From a virus (lineage: Duplodnaviria > Caudoviricetes): a stretch of 24,153 nt of DNA. The DNA is taken from positions 1 through 24,153 of the IMG/VR virus record IMGVR_UViG_3300027571_000752; one strand, 5' to 3'. Positions 23,918-24,153 of this stretch are shown here, piece by piece; the first letter of the stretch is position 1; each line of letters opens with the position of its first letter. The position numbers were made by a program, and so were the translations under genes. The notes under the pieces were generated by a model. That model had not been told where the DNA came from. It worked only from the letters and a program-made list of their open reading frames with translations, and did no database searches.

Positions 23918-24153
23918 ATGAGAATTGACAAATTTGGTAATCCTATACATCAAGAGCAAGATCTTATCGATTTAATTTATAATAATAAAATCGATTACAT
24001 TGATAAGATCGCTATCGACGATACTGACTCAATTAAAGAATTTGCAAAAAACTGCGAATTAAATCTTAAAGTTTATCAAGATATTGATATAAGCGTATCA
24101 GAGTTTGACAAAATTTGTCAATCTGAATGGTTTATTCCCAACGAATATAAAAC
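23918..24153 (+). CDS. Partial CDS (runs off right edge), probably the N-terminus of a small phage DNA polymerase III alpha (DnaE)-like fragment protein
   Basis: Open frame MRIDKFGNPIHQEQDLIDLIY...EFDKICQSEWFIPNEYK to the window edge. The FD..Q..WF.P.EYK pattern matches my recollection of short DnaE-like proteins of large aquatic phages. The diagnostic GRGS motif would lie beyond the window. Confidence 0.55.
   Translation, partial: MRIDKFGNPIHQEQDLIDLIYNNKIDYIDKIAIDDTDSIKEFAKNCELNLKVYQDIDISVSEFDKICQSEWFIPNEYK

Noticed and set aside
23925-23953. Second TTGACA inside the last CDS
   Set aside because: No acceptable -10 hexamer at 16-18 nt spacing.

Overview
AT-rich fragment of a large tailed-phage genome, most consistent with a T4-like or jumbo myovirus. 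Almost all of it is one plus-strand virion (tail fibre/baseplate) module. In order it holds an A-type Fe-S carrier gene (erpA/iscA-like), a 2524-aa fibre/tailspike protein, two more proteins with a T4 gp9/gp10-like N-terminal anchor, two Mtd_N-type fibre proteins, two tandem subtilisin-family (S8) proteases with intact catalytic triads, a 1180-aa Ig-repeat baseplate-like protein, a 439-aa structural protein and a 77-aa ORF. Two partial genes missing from the ORF track flank the module: a divergent gene at the left edge and a probable phage DnaE-like fragment at the right edge. All four larger intergenic gaps carry a T4-late-like TAAATA motif, and a near-consensus sigma70 promoter marks the right boundary. 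The best candidates for new biology are (1) a protease-armed fibre system, with twin subtilases coupled to a fibre gene, sharing a C-terminal basic tail, and one carrying a virion-protein module, and (2) two phycobiliprotein-like helical repeats in the giant fibre that keep the bilin-attachment C-x-R-D motif. Nested domain insertions and a possible DGG/Mtd_N docking chain are also notable. All family assignments come from recognising motifs by eye; no database search was run.
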